From assembly GCA_964016885.1 (NCBI GenBank), contig OZ024747.1, positions 11,346,001 through 11,410,000 of the forward strand: a stretch of DNA of 64,000 nucleotides, given 5' to 3'. The notes below the pieces were generated by a model. It was not told where the DNA came from. It saw nothing but the letters and a program-made list of their open reading frames with translations, and did not search any database. Numbering within the stretch: position 1 is the first letter of the stretch; every line of letters begins with the position of its first letter. Below are positions 12,651 through 25,545 of the stretch, one piece after another. Made by a program: the position numbers and the translations under genes. The DNA is from Eledone cirrhosa. Taxonomy: Eukaryota.

Positions 12651-13150
12651 TACCCGTAATTCTTGCACTTAATTCAACCTGGTTGTTTCAGCGCCTTAGC
12701 TTCACCAGCACCCGCGGTAATACTGCCAGCATGGTGTGTGACCGAATGATGCACTTGGTGGTGAATTGATGGTCGTTTTGGTTTTCTCTCTCTCGCTTTG
12801 ATTATATATTTTTGTGTACTATATTTATAAGGTTCCTAGCAATAATTATTTGTGCTTATATTTTAATTCCGTAAGAATTATAAACAATTTGTAATGTTAT
12901 TTATACAACTATATACATACATGCTGAAACCTTTAGTAATGGAGTAGTTATAGTGTGTTGTTTACTTTCTAATTAAATACATTATATATATATATATATA
13001 TATATAATGTATTTATATATTGTAACAAGACATTTCGCGTAGACAGTACAGTTGAGAAATTTGAAGTCGCTATATATATAACGGGGGAAATGTGTTTTGT
13101 TTTGGTAATGTAAGTGTGCGTTTGTTTATATTACATACATTATGAGGGGA

Positions 13151-13205
<55 letters not shown>

Positions 13206-13389
13206 GAGAGAGGGGTAGATGCATGTTGTATGTAATATACTCTATAAATATGTTATTTACATGCACTTCTACATGTACTCGCGCGCGGAAGAGCGGGAAC
13301 GGAGTGAATGAGTGGATGGGGGATGGTAGGACTGATGTTTTGTTCAGTCTGTGTGTTTGTGTGTATGTATATATATAAGTATACACCCA

Positions 13390-13433
<44 letters not shown>

Positions 13434-13455
13434 TGGGTGTGTGTATGTGTGTAAA

Positions 13456-13493
<38 letters not shown>

Positions 13494-14363
13494 TGGGTGT
13501 TTGTTTGTGTGCACATATATGGTGGGTGGGTATTTGTTTGTGTGTACATATATGGTGGGTGGGTATTTGTTTGTGTGTACATATATGGTGGGTGGGTGTA
13601 TGTGGTATGTGTGCGTACATATATGGTATGTGTGTGTACATATATAGTGGGTGTGTGTATGTGTGTGTTTCTGTATCAATACGTGGCCAATATTTGCTTT
13701 CCTGTGTGTACCTGTCTGTCTGTCGGTTTGTATTTATCAGCACGTGTGACATTTTAAAATCCGAAATCTGCTTCGGTCGAACAGCCGTAGAATGAAAAAC
13801 ATTCCTGCCATGACCATCACCACTTTTCCCCACGCATAGCATATCTAGGAGACTTCGTACAATATGTCCTTCCTTTTAAAACACGATAGGATGTGATTTG
13901 AGGGTGTTTGCTACTATTTCTAACAGATCTAGCGATTGCTTTAGGAGCTCACCCAATGTGTATTGTTTGCTGCGGAGTCGGTGTATATTAAATCACTCCC
14001 TATGTGGAAAACTCAGCCACTGATCCGTTAATACAATGTGTAGTTAGTTCATTTGAGTAAAAAGCAACAACCTAAATGTTCCTCGTTGAAATTAACGGAG
14101 GATCTATTTACAGTTGTCTTGTCCTGGATGCGTTAAGACCTGGACTTGCGACCGGTAGATAGTATCAGCAATGGAAAAACCAATGGAAACATTGTTTTCT
14201 TGGTCCGATTTAGCGAGTCTCTTGGTCCCACACCACTCGGTAAGCGAATGACGTCTGGAATCTTGTCGATCGATCGATTTATATATATATATATATATGT
14301 ATATAAATATATATATATATATATATATGTATATAAATATATATATATGTATACACACACGCG

Positions 14364-14441
<78 letters not shown>

Positions 14442-14507
14442 AACATTTTTCATTCCTTTCTTTTTCTCGCTGTTTATCTTTCTATCTTATCTTTTATTTC
14501 TAATTCT

Positions 14508-14545
14508 AACTTCTGACGAAGGACTAGTGTCCGAAACGTCAAGAC
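14508..14545 (+). ncRNA. Minimal type I hammerhead ribozyme motif (Penelope-like)
   Basis: ctt-CTGACGA(14513-14519)-a-GGAC-tagt-GTCC-GAAA(14533-14536)-CGTC-aag. The core is intact, helix II has 4 bp, helix III is the palindrome ACGT, and helix I is ctt/aag. Confidence 0.7.
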
Positions 14546-14841
14546 TCTTTTCTGCTATTTCAAGCGTTAAACTAATATATTTCTTCAATGTGCTCTGTCG
14601 TTTACTTTGTTATTTTTGTTTACTTGAAGAATAATTCAAAGCTCAAGATATGTAAAAGACAGTTGAGAGTTTAATCCATGTAGTGGGTAAATATTTAAGT
14701 TATGTTTGTTGTTTAATAGAAATGAATATTCCTGTTGTATTCATTGAAACGTCAGTAAATCAATTAAATAATTTAATTCTGGTTATTTTATTCATATATA
14801 TATATATATATATTATATACTTAACACACACACACACACAC

Positions 14842-14872
<31 letters not shown>

Positions 14873-14984
14873 GATATAGATACAAACATACACACATAAA
14901 TACATGCATACATACATAGATACATACATGCATAGGAGGTGAGTTTTATTGAGTTTTATTGTAGCACAATAAAGCTATGCAATA

Positions 14985-15168
14985 TGCGGTGAATTGGCAG
15001 TATCAGTAGAGGGTCGGACGCCATGCTTTCCAGCATAGTTACGTCCCTTTACGATCTGAGTTCAAATCCCGCCGAGGTTGACTTTGCCTTTCATCCTTAC
15101 GGGGTCGATAAAATAAAGTACCAGTAATGAACTGGGTAATTGCTGGCCTTGTGCCTAAAGTAGAAACA
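14985..15168 (+). mobile_element. tRNA-derived SINE family 1, near full length
   Basis: A-box-like TTGGCAGTATCAGT, B-box GTTCAAATCC, conserved central domain and GTAGAAACA end. Confidence 0.88.
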
Positions 15169-15317
15169 AATATGTTGATTTTACACTTCACTGCTCGCAA
15201 GTGTTTTTTAAGCTTCATATCATGTCTCCCTATTTTATCGGATGAGAACGCAAATATCATCCCATGATGATATTTGTTTTTGAAATGCTTGGAACTCTTT
15301 TAACCATCTTTTGATCT

Positions 15318-15363
<46 letters not shown>

Positions 15364-15456
15364 CCAAAGATTAATATAGTTCATTGATTACTCAATGAAT
15401 ATAAGTTTTAGAAGAGATTAAAAACACTCTACAAAAAAAGTTTTCTGGAGTTATTA

Positions 15457-15790
15457 TTATTCAGAATAATAATAAATGCAGACATTCACATAATCAAAAT
15501 ATGTTTTATTATATATATTTCGAAGGTACTGTGCGGTTTTTTCACTACGTCCTCGTCAGATAAAATACATGAATTGATGTATGACATATGTCAACGGTCT
15601 TGATAGTTCAATTCCAGTATTGTCAATACTGGAATTGAATTTTCAAGACCGTTGAGGTATGTCATACATCAATTCATGTATTTTATCTGAGGAGGACGTA
15701 CTGAAAAAAACAGCACAGTGCCTTCGAAATATATATAATAAAACATATTTTGATTATGTGAATGTCTTCAATTATTATTATTCTGAATAA
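15457..15790. mobile_element. 334-bp palindrome with a hammerhead motif on each strand; Penelope-like inverted terminus
   Basis: Arms of about 166 bp with a 1-nt spacer at 15623. The + strand has CTGAGGA(15687-15693)...GAAA(15726-15729)TATATATA-ATAAAA; the mirror copy on the - strand has CTGACGA. Confidence 0.7.
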
Positions 15791-16502
15791 AAAGTATATA
15801 TATATATATATATACACACGCATACATATATATACAGGCATACGTGCACAACATATAAGTACATACAAATGTGTATGGAGATATACACCCATACATACAT
15901 AGATACAAACATACACACATAAATACATGCATACATACATAGATACATACATGCATACATAGATACATACATACATATATGGCTTCACGTGAAGTACCAA
16001 AGCAGATAGATAGACATACACGAAAACCGTTTAAAGTTGTTTACATATATGTAAATGAGGAGGGGGTGTTCCATAGGAACCAATGAAAAGTTTTGTAATA
16101 AATGTAATTCGATGCTGTCGTCTGCCTTGGTAGAATGTCTTTCATTTCACATATTTATGCCACCATGTTAGGTCAGCAACAGCCAATGAAATCACTCGTT
16201 ATAGAGTAATGATGACAGACGTCAATGTTCTCATCCAATCAAATCGCCGTGTTATGTTGTTGTTGTTTGCTGTCATTTCTATTATTACAAAGTGAAGCAG
16301 TGAATGTTTGTTATTTACTGTGTGCTGGGTAGTAAACAACATAGTTGCCTTACATACCTGCACTACTAGTTTCTTGGTTAGTTGGTGTGTCTCTATGTAT
16401 ATGGAGTAAGATTTTTTTATATTTATCTCAACTGTGGAGCTGTAGCAATACACACTGGAGTGTACAGTTTAACAACAACACAGGACTGAAGTGTGCCCAG
16501 TG

Positions 16503-16538
<36 letters not shown>

Positions 16539-16545
16539 TATATAT

Positions 16546-16582
<37 letters not shown>

Positions 16583-17049
16583 CAATAGCAAGCGACAGAG
16601 TGTGGAATATATAACAAGCAACAACTGCCGACTATATTGAAGTGATTAGAAAAGAAACAAGGCAAGTGTAATGGTGTCACTATAATAATAGCGTTGTTTG
16701 TTTTGTTTTGTTCGTGTTTGAGGTGATTTTGTTTTGAAGCAGCGTGTTTAAACTGACATTAGTGAAGTAGCTAGGTTGGTCCCCCCCCCCCCCCCCTCCA
16801 TCTCTCTCTCTATATATGTATATAATACACATACACAGAATTTTTTATGGCATATAGGCGCCACCTACCACCCAATGGACCCTATTTCAGTAGGAAAAAA
16901 GGGAAAAAAACAACAAAGATAAACGTTAAGTTAGTAGATACAGTAACGTCGTGTATAAGACCCAGCAACACTTCGTGTATAAGTCTTGGGTGATTTATTT
17001 ATTTATTTATTTTTTTTTTTAAGGGTGTCTAATATGTCATGTATCTCGG

Positions 17050-17482
17050 TTAGAGTGAAATAGATATTAGTAAATAGAGTGGGAGGGAGAAATATGTTAG
17101 TAAATAGAGTGGGGAAAGAGAAATAGATATTAGTAGATAGTGGGAAAGAGAAATATATTAGTAGATAGGGTGGGAAAGAGAAATAGATATTAGTAGATAG
17201 GGTGGGAAAGAGAAATAGATATTAGTAGATAGAGTGGGGAAAGAGAAATAGATATTAGTAGATAGAGTGGGAAAGAGATATATTAGTAAATAGAGTGGGA
17301 AAGAGATATATTAGTAAATAGGGTGGGAAATAGAAATATATTAGTAAATAGTGGGAGAGAGAAATAGATATTAGTAGATAGGGTGGGAAAGAGAAATATA
17401 TATTAGTAGATAGGGTGGGAAAGAGAAATAGATATTAGTAGATAGTGGGAGAGAGAAATAGATGCTAGTAAATAGAGTGGGA
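17050..17482. repeat. Minisatellite, about 30-bp unit GTGGGAAAGAGAAATAGATATTAGTAGATAG
   Basis: About 14 imperfect tandem copies read directly. Confidence 0.9.
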
Positions 17483-17574
17483 GAGATAAACAGTGTAGAG
17501 ACATGGACAGGAGGACTAAAGATAGTGATGCAAGTGATGCAGAATCTGTCCTCACATATGGAATATATATAATG

Positions 17575-17712
17575 GTTTCTAATTTAGGCACAAGGCCAAC
17601 AATTTCGGCAGAGTGGAAAGTCGATTAAATCGATCTCCAGTGCATTACTGGTACTTTATTTTATCAACCCCCTCCCTGTAAGGATGATAAGGAAAGGCTC
17701 ACCTCGGCGGGA
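17575..17712 (-). mobile_element. tRNA-derived SINE family 1, partial
   Basis: GGCACAAGGCC...CTGGTACTTTATTTTATC...AAGGATGA...CCTCGGCGGGATT. Confidence 0.75.
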
Positions 17713-17714
17713 TT

Positions 17715-17780
<66 letters not shown>

Positions 17781-18104
17781 TGTGTGTGTGTTTGTGAAGA
17801 TTAGGGCGAGGCATATGATCGGTACAAGATAAATAGATGGATGTACATATTGTAGAACACTGGTGACATTAGAATTTGATAAATATAAAAGAAAATATGG
17901 TTAAGATATATTATAGATATTAAGGAATGTCTGTGTTAATATAGACAGACATTTTTTTGACAGGGTGAGAAGAAAGGCCAGGGAGAGGAAGGGTAAACAT
18001 TTATAAACAGATCTTGTTATATATATGTATATGTGTATATATATATATAAACAGCATCTCTGTCTATAGATCTAACATCTTTCCAACTTCTCTCCCTGTG
18101 TATG

Positions 18105-18149
<45 letters not shown>

Positions 18150-19171
18150 GCTTGTATATATAAACGGACGTTGAGTGATAGTGAGGTTAACATGTTAGAT
18201 ATAAACAGAGATAAATGTTAGATATATAGATAGATGTAAACACAGATGTTAACACAAAGCGATTAGTATATATATATATATATATGTTTGTGAAATGTTA
18301 TATATATATATATGAGAGAGGGAGAATGTTTATGAAATTTTATATATATGCATATTGAGATGTTGGTAAAATGCTAAACATTAGCATGGGGTCCCCTGGC
18401 TGTACAGTTTAGAATCAGTCCTGAGTCAAACTATATTATTATTGCAAAGGAAAATATTTTGGGGTCTTTTAAGTATGGTGGGTCCTTTGGCTGCAGCACA
18501 GACAAACAGCACATCGCCCCACATACACATCCGTTGGTAGAGAGGGAGAACATACATAAAAAGGAATGGTGAGAGGGTAGACAGAGAGAGAAGATGGTGA
18601 GTTGGTTGAGAGAGAGGATGGTGAGATGGTAAACAGAGAGGGTGATGAAAAATGGCCATAGAAAAAAGTTGACAATGCACGCTTATACACACAGACACAC
18701 ACATTAATTAAGGCTCGGGTAAATTTATAGAAACCCTCGCCCCTTCCATCAATTTCAGTGGGAAATAATTATTTTTCCTCTTTGTTTTCATGTATTATCA
18801 ATTAAACTTAACCCCGAATATGCTGCAATGGACTTTTTTTTCCATTTGAAACGAAGAAGGGAGTTACCCTCGGACTTTTCACCCCGTGCCCTTCTCTCTG
18901 CCAGAGTTTTCTTTACCATTTTCTCTCCCTCACTCGGTTTATGGAAAATGGAGGAGATATAGTATAAAATGCTCGAAGGTCAAACAAACCTTATTTCGAT
19001 GGCAACACACTCACATATCTAATGTCGGAGTTGTACTTGTCTAGCAAGTCACTTCATCTGAGGCTTGTGTGTTGAAACTAAAACAATTATATCGTGGAAA
19101 CTTCACTTCACATTTCGTATTGTTTATTTGAAGCCTGTTTTTCAATAGATAAAAATCACTCTTCCACGATG

Positions 19172-19241
<70 letters not shown>

Positions 19242-19841
19242 TATATATACACACACACACGCTGCTCACTCATATTGAAAGCTCATCAGTTAAAATTGGA
19301 ATGTTTTGAATACAATTGTATTTTAAACACCCACTTCAGTGTGTGTGTGTATATATATATATATATACGCTTTGAGTGCAAAAATGTGTTTATATGCACG
19401 CACACACAACACGATATGGGTAGAAAGAAAAACGAAACTTTGTGAATACAAGTAGTTATAATAATAAATCTAGTGTTTACCTAAGCACAGAGGTATACAC
19501 GTGGAGCGACAAGTCTGGGTATGTATAGCTGAGATTTGAAACGTCAACATTGAGCTGTGCGTGAGCTTTTTTGAGAAACATAATCATCATACATCATACG
19601 CCCGAATGAAACGGTTCTAGTCCTGTAGAAGCCTTGTCTATATTAAATACTTACACTCTGTTTTGTATTGAGTACCTTACTTATTGTGGTTACCCCTGAT
19701 TGAACCCGGGATAAATGTATATATATATATATATAAATATATATATATATATCGAATAAACAACAGGATGCAATAACATGAAGTGTATTTTAGTTTCACG
19801 CTTGGAGGAAGAAGAATATATATTTATTTATATATATATAT

Positions 19842-19896
<55 letters not shown>

Positions 19897-20294
19897 GTAA
19901 ACAAAAACATAGGAAAAGACACGGTACATTGCAGAAATAAATTAGTTTAACGATTGAAAAAAAAAAAATATGTATACACAAACACACATACACATGTGCG
20001 CGTGTGTTTGAGTTTAATATTTCGTCATCTCCATAAGTGATGTCTATTTTCATCGAGATGGGGTGGAGGAGATTATATTTATATATTGGTGTCAGGGTTG
20101 TATTAATCCGGACCTTCTTCCAACTCCTCTACCTGGGCTTCTCAGGTATTTTGTGGGTGGGGACCCTCAGGCAATTTCACCTCACTACAGATGAAAGACT
20201 GACCCTGTTAAAAGGTGTAATTTAATACAACATATCAGATAGAAAATATTTAAGCAGTAAAAGGAGATTTTCTGAATAGCAATGCAGTGTTTTT

Positions 20295-20560
20295 ACAGGT
20301 AACGTTGTGACACAGGTAATGTCTTTAGTCATTGTGACACAGGTAACGTCTTTAATTAGTGTGACACAGGTAACGTCTTTAATTAGTGTGGCGCAGGTAA
20401 CGTCTTTAATCAGTGTGACACAGGTAACGTCTTTAGTCATTGTGACACAGGTAAGGCTTTTAACCAGTGGGACACAGGTAACGTCTTAAATCATTGTCAC
20501 AGGTAATGTTTAATCATTGCGGCAGAAGGTAACGTCTTTAGTCAGTGTGGCAGAAGTAAC
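20295..20560. repeat. 27-bp minisatellite (GTGACACAGGTAACGTCTTTAATTAGT)
   Basis: Tandem copies give the 9-aa periodic ORFs (VTQVTSLIS). Confidence 0.9.
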
Positions 20561-20668
20561 AAACAGCACCTCCAGAAAATAAAAAAAATGACACACTCTC
20601 CTTCCTAGTCCTTGTGGCACTATTATATAGGTTTCAGCCCTTGAGCGGTATAATGATGTTTGTGTATG

Positions 20669-20706
<38 letters not shown>

Positions 20707-21092
20707 CATACACACACACACACTCAGATATTTAATACATGGTATTAGTAATGCATTAAAAGAAAGTGCCAGTGTTAAAATATATAAATTACTTATGTTT
20801 ACATATGGAAAACTCATTCTTTCGTAAAAACGAAATCACACACACTCACACGTGTGTGTGTATGTGTGTGTGTGTGTGTATATACACACACATGCAGTAT
20901 TTGACTACATTAGCAGCATGAAATGTAAAGGCCTCGTGGGTGGAAGTGGAGAGGAAATCATTCGTTCTATCCACTGTACTTTACACATACATTTTCAAAC
21001 ATACGCGCGCACATTTAATACCGATTTGTATGCAAATATAAGCACGTGCCCCTTACCGCTGGAACACATACGCGCGCGCGCACACACACGCG

Positions 21093-21133
<41 letters not shown>

Positions 21134-21286
21134 ACACACACACACACAATATAAGTATGTACACACTTAACTCTTAACATATTTCTTATGAAAAACACTG
21201 CCTCGTTATTTTCAAATAATTTTGGTACTTGGTCCATTACAATCGGCTGGTTCTTGACGGAGCACCGCCCTTAAAATAAACATACC

Positions 21287-21349
21287 CTCCCCGGCTGGGA
21301 ATCGAACCCCGGTCTCCCGTATGGATACTTACGACTATACTACATAGGG
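21287..21349 (-). pseudogene. tRNA-Asp-derived pseudogene or SINE head with the anticodon region deleted
   Basis: The minus strand CCCTATGTAGTATAGTCGTAAGTATCCAT-ACGGGAGACCGGGGTTCGATTCCCAGCCGGGGAG aligns with animal tRNA-Asp(GTC) at both ends but lacks about 9 nt including the anticodon. Confidence 0.7.
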
Positions 21350-22009
21350 CCATGCAGTCTCAATCAGGTGCCACAAGGGTGCAGGAGTTTCTGCGGCAAA
21401 CCAGTATACTCGCAGTATTGCCGCGGATGATAGCGTGGCTAGACACAAGAGAATAGTCAAGCCCCCTAATAGGTATCACCTGATACTTCAGTTAGGCGAA
21501 CCGTCAATAATGACAAGAACTTTGTTGTCAGCGGCACAGCTCCCCCTTCAAACATCTCGAACTTCACAATCTGAAAAAAGAAAACAAAACAAAAGGTTTG
21601 CCGATAATTCTTGGTATTTTAGAATTTAATCCGGTTCCAGATTCCATATGAATGAGTAAAAGAGTTGCGAAGTGTTGTAGTCTCTAATGAATCATCTATT
21701 TGTTTTATCTGGCCGTTCTAGAACTGAAGGGATATTAATAGGGGACTGATGAAGGGGTATTAATAGGGGACTGAGCCTTGGTCTCTTTGATAATTAGATT
21801 CAGCTCGAAATGACGAGAGAAACGACCTGTCTTCAGCTAGCAAGACAATCTCTATGGAGACCCGTGGGGGGGGGGGGTGTCAAACAGATTACCACGACGG
21901 CTTTAACCCCCCACCCCCACCCCGCATCGGCTCCGATGACCCAAAGCGCAACAGAGATTATACACACATTCATAAACAATGCACTGGAAAACAGCACTCA
22001 CATGTGACA

Positions 22010-22056
<47 letters not shown>

Positions 22057-22451
22057 GTGTGTGTGTTTCATTCCTGATGATTTTATACGAATGAAACAGT
22101 TCTAGTCCTGTAGAAGTCATTTCTATAGATATCTCTCTATATAGTATTTTACTGGTCTCAGTCATCTCACTGTCGCCATGCTGGAGCATTGCCTTGATCC
22201 CAGTACTTATGTTTTCTAGTCTTGTACTTATTTTATCAAACAGGAAATACACGTGTTTACCTCTTGTAATTTTTTTCCATTTCTTTTCTTACCCACTCAA
22301 TCTTTCATCTATCTTCCAGTGGACTAATGTCCAAAACTTAAGACACTTTTCTCCATGATCTCAAGCACTAAATTAATACATATTGTACTGTATTGTTTTA
22401 TGTTGTTTTTCCATGTTGCCTTACACACACACACACACACATACACACACA

Positions 22452-22483
<32 letters not shown>

Positions 22484-22507
22484 TACACACACACACATAC
22501 ACACACA

Positions 22508-22545
<38 letters not shown>

Positions 22546-22727
22546 CGGATTTGATGTATACACACCATCTATATAGGCATCCATATAAAATCTATATACA
22601 CACAGAGGTTTGTAAAGCAGTGTGTTAGTATGAATCAAGGCTTGGAAATGTTACTATGAGGCGCTGTTGAATAAAGAGAATGCTTATGGGAGAGGAATGA
22701 CCTTGCCTAAGATGGGCACCAACAGAG

Positions 22728-22930
22728 GGACCAGCTATTGAAAGTGACAGCTAGAGAGACCAGCTATTGAAGGTGACAGACAGTATGAGGGACGAACGAG
22801 CTATTGAAGATAGCAGCGAGACAGTACAAGGGACCAGCTATTGAAGGTGACCGCTAGAGAGACCAGCTGTTGAAAGTGCCAGCTAAACAGTATGAGGGAC
22901 CAGCTATTGAAGGTGACAATTATACTGTTG
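22728..22930. repeat. Imperfect tandem repeat (GAGACCAGCTATTGAAGGTGAC core)
   Basis: About 6 copies read directly. Confidence 0.8.
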
Positions 22931-24559
22931 AACGTGAGAGAGCAGCTATTGCGATACTGATGAACATGTAATTAAGGATAACAAGGTCATTGAAATGCTG
23001 AAAATATCCATCAAAATAAGCCACACACTAGTCACTTGTATTGTGTATCAGGTAGGACAGTGTTGTGGGGTCACACCCAATGACAGGCACGACAGTCAGG
23101 TAGGAGGACAGTGACAAATACAAGGGTGAAGATGATGTTCTACACAGAAATATAAAACTGATGAAAATTAAATCTACAGCTCTCACCTCGGAAGGTGCAT
23201 CTTGAAGGGTTCTTAGATGTTTTGAAGTCATATCATGAAAAGGAATGTGAAATGAAATATCTTGCTCAAGAACACATGCTGCTTGGTCTAGGAATGAAAA
23301 CCATGATCTTATGATTGTGAGTCCAACACCCTAACAACCTAGGCCAAGTTCCTTCACAGCATCTTACATAAAATTATGATGGAAGTATTTTAGTTAGATA
23401 GTTTTGTATCATATACCCAGGTCAGGCTGGTTATTAAAATGATTAGTTTTGTTTCATAGAACCATAACCCAGTTTGGGCCTGGTTGCTATTAAAAGGGTT
23501 ACCCATCTAGTTTTTCAGCTGCCATGCACTCACAAACCTTTTATATTATTAAAATAGTTTCTTGCTTGTGAATGACCTTTTCTTTTTTTTTTTTTATAAA
23601 ACAGAACTATTATTTTAATATCCACTATCTTCCCATCAGCCATCACACCAACCACTTTTTTCCCTGAGTACTTTGTTGTGTGTCTTGCAGCCAGCCCTCA
23701 CTACATATAGACTGAGGGTGAGCAAATGTGTGTGTGTAAAAGTAGGGAAGAGACAAAGAATATTGAGAGAGAGATGGAGAGAAAAAGTAGTGTGAGGAAA
23801 TGCGCATTGGATGAACGGAGTGTAAGAAAGTGAAAGAATGAATGAGTGAGTGTATGTGTGTGTGGTGCTGTGTCAGATGATACAATCTGTATTGTTAAAT
23901 TTACTAAGTAATAGTATCTAAAAATAAGTCTTTACTAACAACTGGCCATAATGAATGATGACTATGGAATACACACACAATAACATTTGAGTGTGTGTAT
24001 ATATGAGCACACGCAGACACACACACACGCGCACACACAGAGAGAGAAGAGACATGTAAAATTATGACCTCAGCACCAATTGTTTCGGCTTGGTGCTGCG
24101 GTCGGCATTATGTACATCTCTCTACCCACTCTACATTGAGTACTCCCATGATTAGAGGTCTCATCGGCCTCAGCACTGCAGAATTTCTGTCTCTCAGACG
24201 TAATTTACTCTGAACCAAATGCCTGTTTCATTATGTCAAATATATACACATGCGATACTGTATAGTATTGTGTACTCATTTGAAACGGTTCTTCCTTATT
24301 TCCATAGTAAGAGAAACCAAGAGGGAAAAAAGGTAGTGTTGATGCTATGAAAAAAAATCACCCAGTTCACTCTGTAAGATGATAGTGTTTGTGCCAGAAA
24401 AAAAAAAAAAAACTCAGTCCACCCTGTAAGGTAGGAAGTAATACTGGTGCCACAAAACAAGTATCCATGGTACCCTGATATAAAGCACTCAGTCCACCCT
24501 GTAAAGTGGTAGTACTGGTGTCATGATAAAAAGCACTTGGTTCATCCTGTTAGCTGGTA

Positions 24560-25060
24560 GTGCTGCTGCTTTAAAAGTCAAGCACACAGGCCACCCCGTA
24601 AAGTGGTAGTACTACTGCTATAAAAGTCAAGCACACAGGCCACCCTGTAAGGTGGTAGTACTACTGCTATAAAAGTCAAGCACACAGGCCACCCCGTAAG
24701 GTGGTAGTACTACTGCTATAAAAGTCAAGCACACAGGCCACCCCGTAAGGTGGTAGTACTACTGCTATAAAAGTCAAGCACACAGGCCACCCCGTAAGGT
24801 GGTAGTACTACTGCTATAAAAGTCAAGCACACAGGCCACCCCGTAAGGTGGTAGTACTACTGCTATAAAAGTCAAGCACACAGGCCACCCCCGTAAGGTG
24901 GTAGTGGTTGTGCTGCTGCTACAAAAGTCAAGCACCCAGGCCACCCCGTAAGGTGGTAGTGGTAGTGCTGCTGCTACAAAAGTCAAGCACCCAGGCCATC
25001 CTGTAAAGTGATAATGCTGGTCCCACAAATCAAGCACCCAGTCCAACCTGTAAGGTGGTT
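24560..25060. repeat. 49-bp minisatellite (AAAGTCAAGCACACAGGCCACCCCGTAAGGTGGTAGTACTACTGCTATA)
   Basis: Near-identical tandem copies, e.g. at 24721 and 24770. Confidence 0.92.
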
Positions 25061-25239
25061 GTGTTGGTGCCATGATAAATTGTGTTGGTGTCATGATAAA
25101 TTATTTCCTCTACATGCTGTCAAGTAGTTGACATTAGGAAGGGCATCCAGCCAGAAAAAACCATGCCCAAAACAGTTCTGTATGAACAAGTCATGGTCAC
25201 TGACCAGTACATAGACAACCAACATAGAAAACATATTAA

Positions 25240-25545
25240 ACGGTAATGATGATCTTGTATGATCTATGCACAATGGTTAGAGAGACAGATCGAGATTGGT
25301 AAGGCTAAGGTGTCAATTGTGGTATTATGGATTGCCTCTAAGCTGCCTGGAAAACGTCTGAGAGAGCAATCCCAAGCAACATCCAGCACTGACTGGTCAG
25401 GGTCCCTACAGTCACATGTTGGGCTGTCTTTCATTTTCCATCGATGGAGATAATGGGTTGTCTTGGCATGTGTTGCGCAGATCTGATTAAGGGACACTCA
25501 TTGCTTTCTGGGAAGGTCATCTGGCTGGTTTCGATGTGGGGTAAT
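25240..25545 (-). mobile_element. LINE 3' fragment (RTE-related, HRWKMKDSPTCDC zinc-knuckle-like end)
   Basis: ORF 25264-25497 reads LHRWKMKDSPTCDCRDPDQSVLDVAWDC. A homologous fragment lies at 38330-38530. Confidence 0.65.

Noticed and set aside
12701-12765. Possible miR-8/miR-200 hairpin (TAATACTGCC) or SSU rRNA fragment (CAGCACCCGCGGTAATAC)
   Set aside because: Only 10 nt match the miRNA, on the wrong arm of a poorly paired stem. The rRNA-like match is 18 nt with no flanking similarity.
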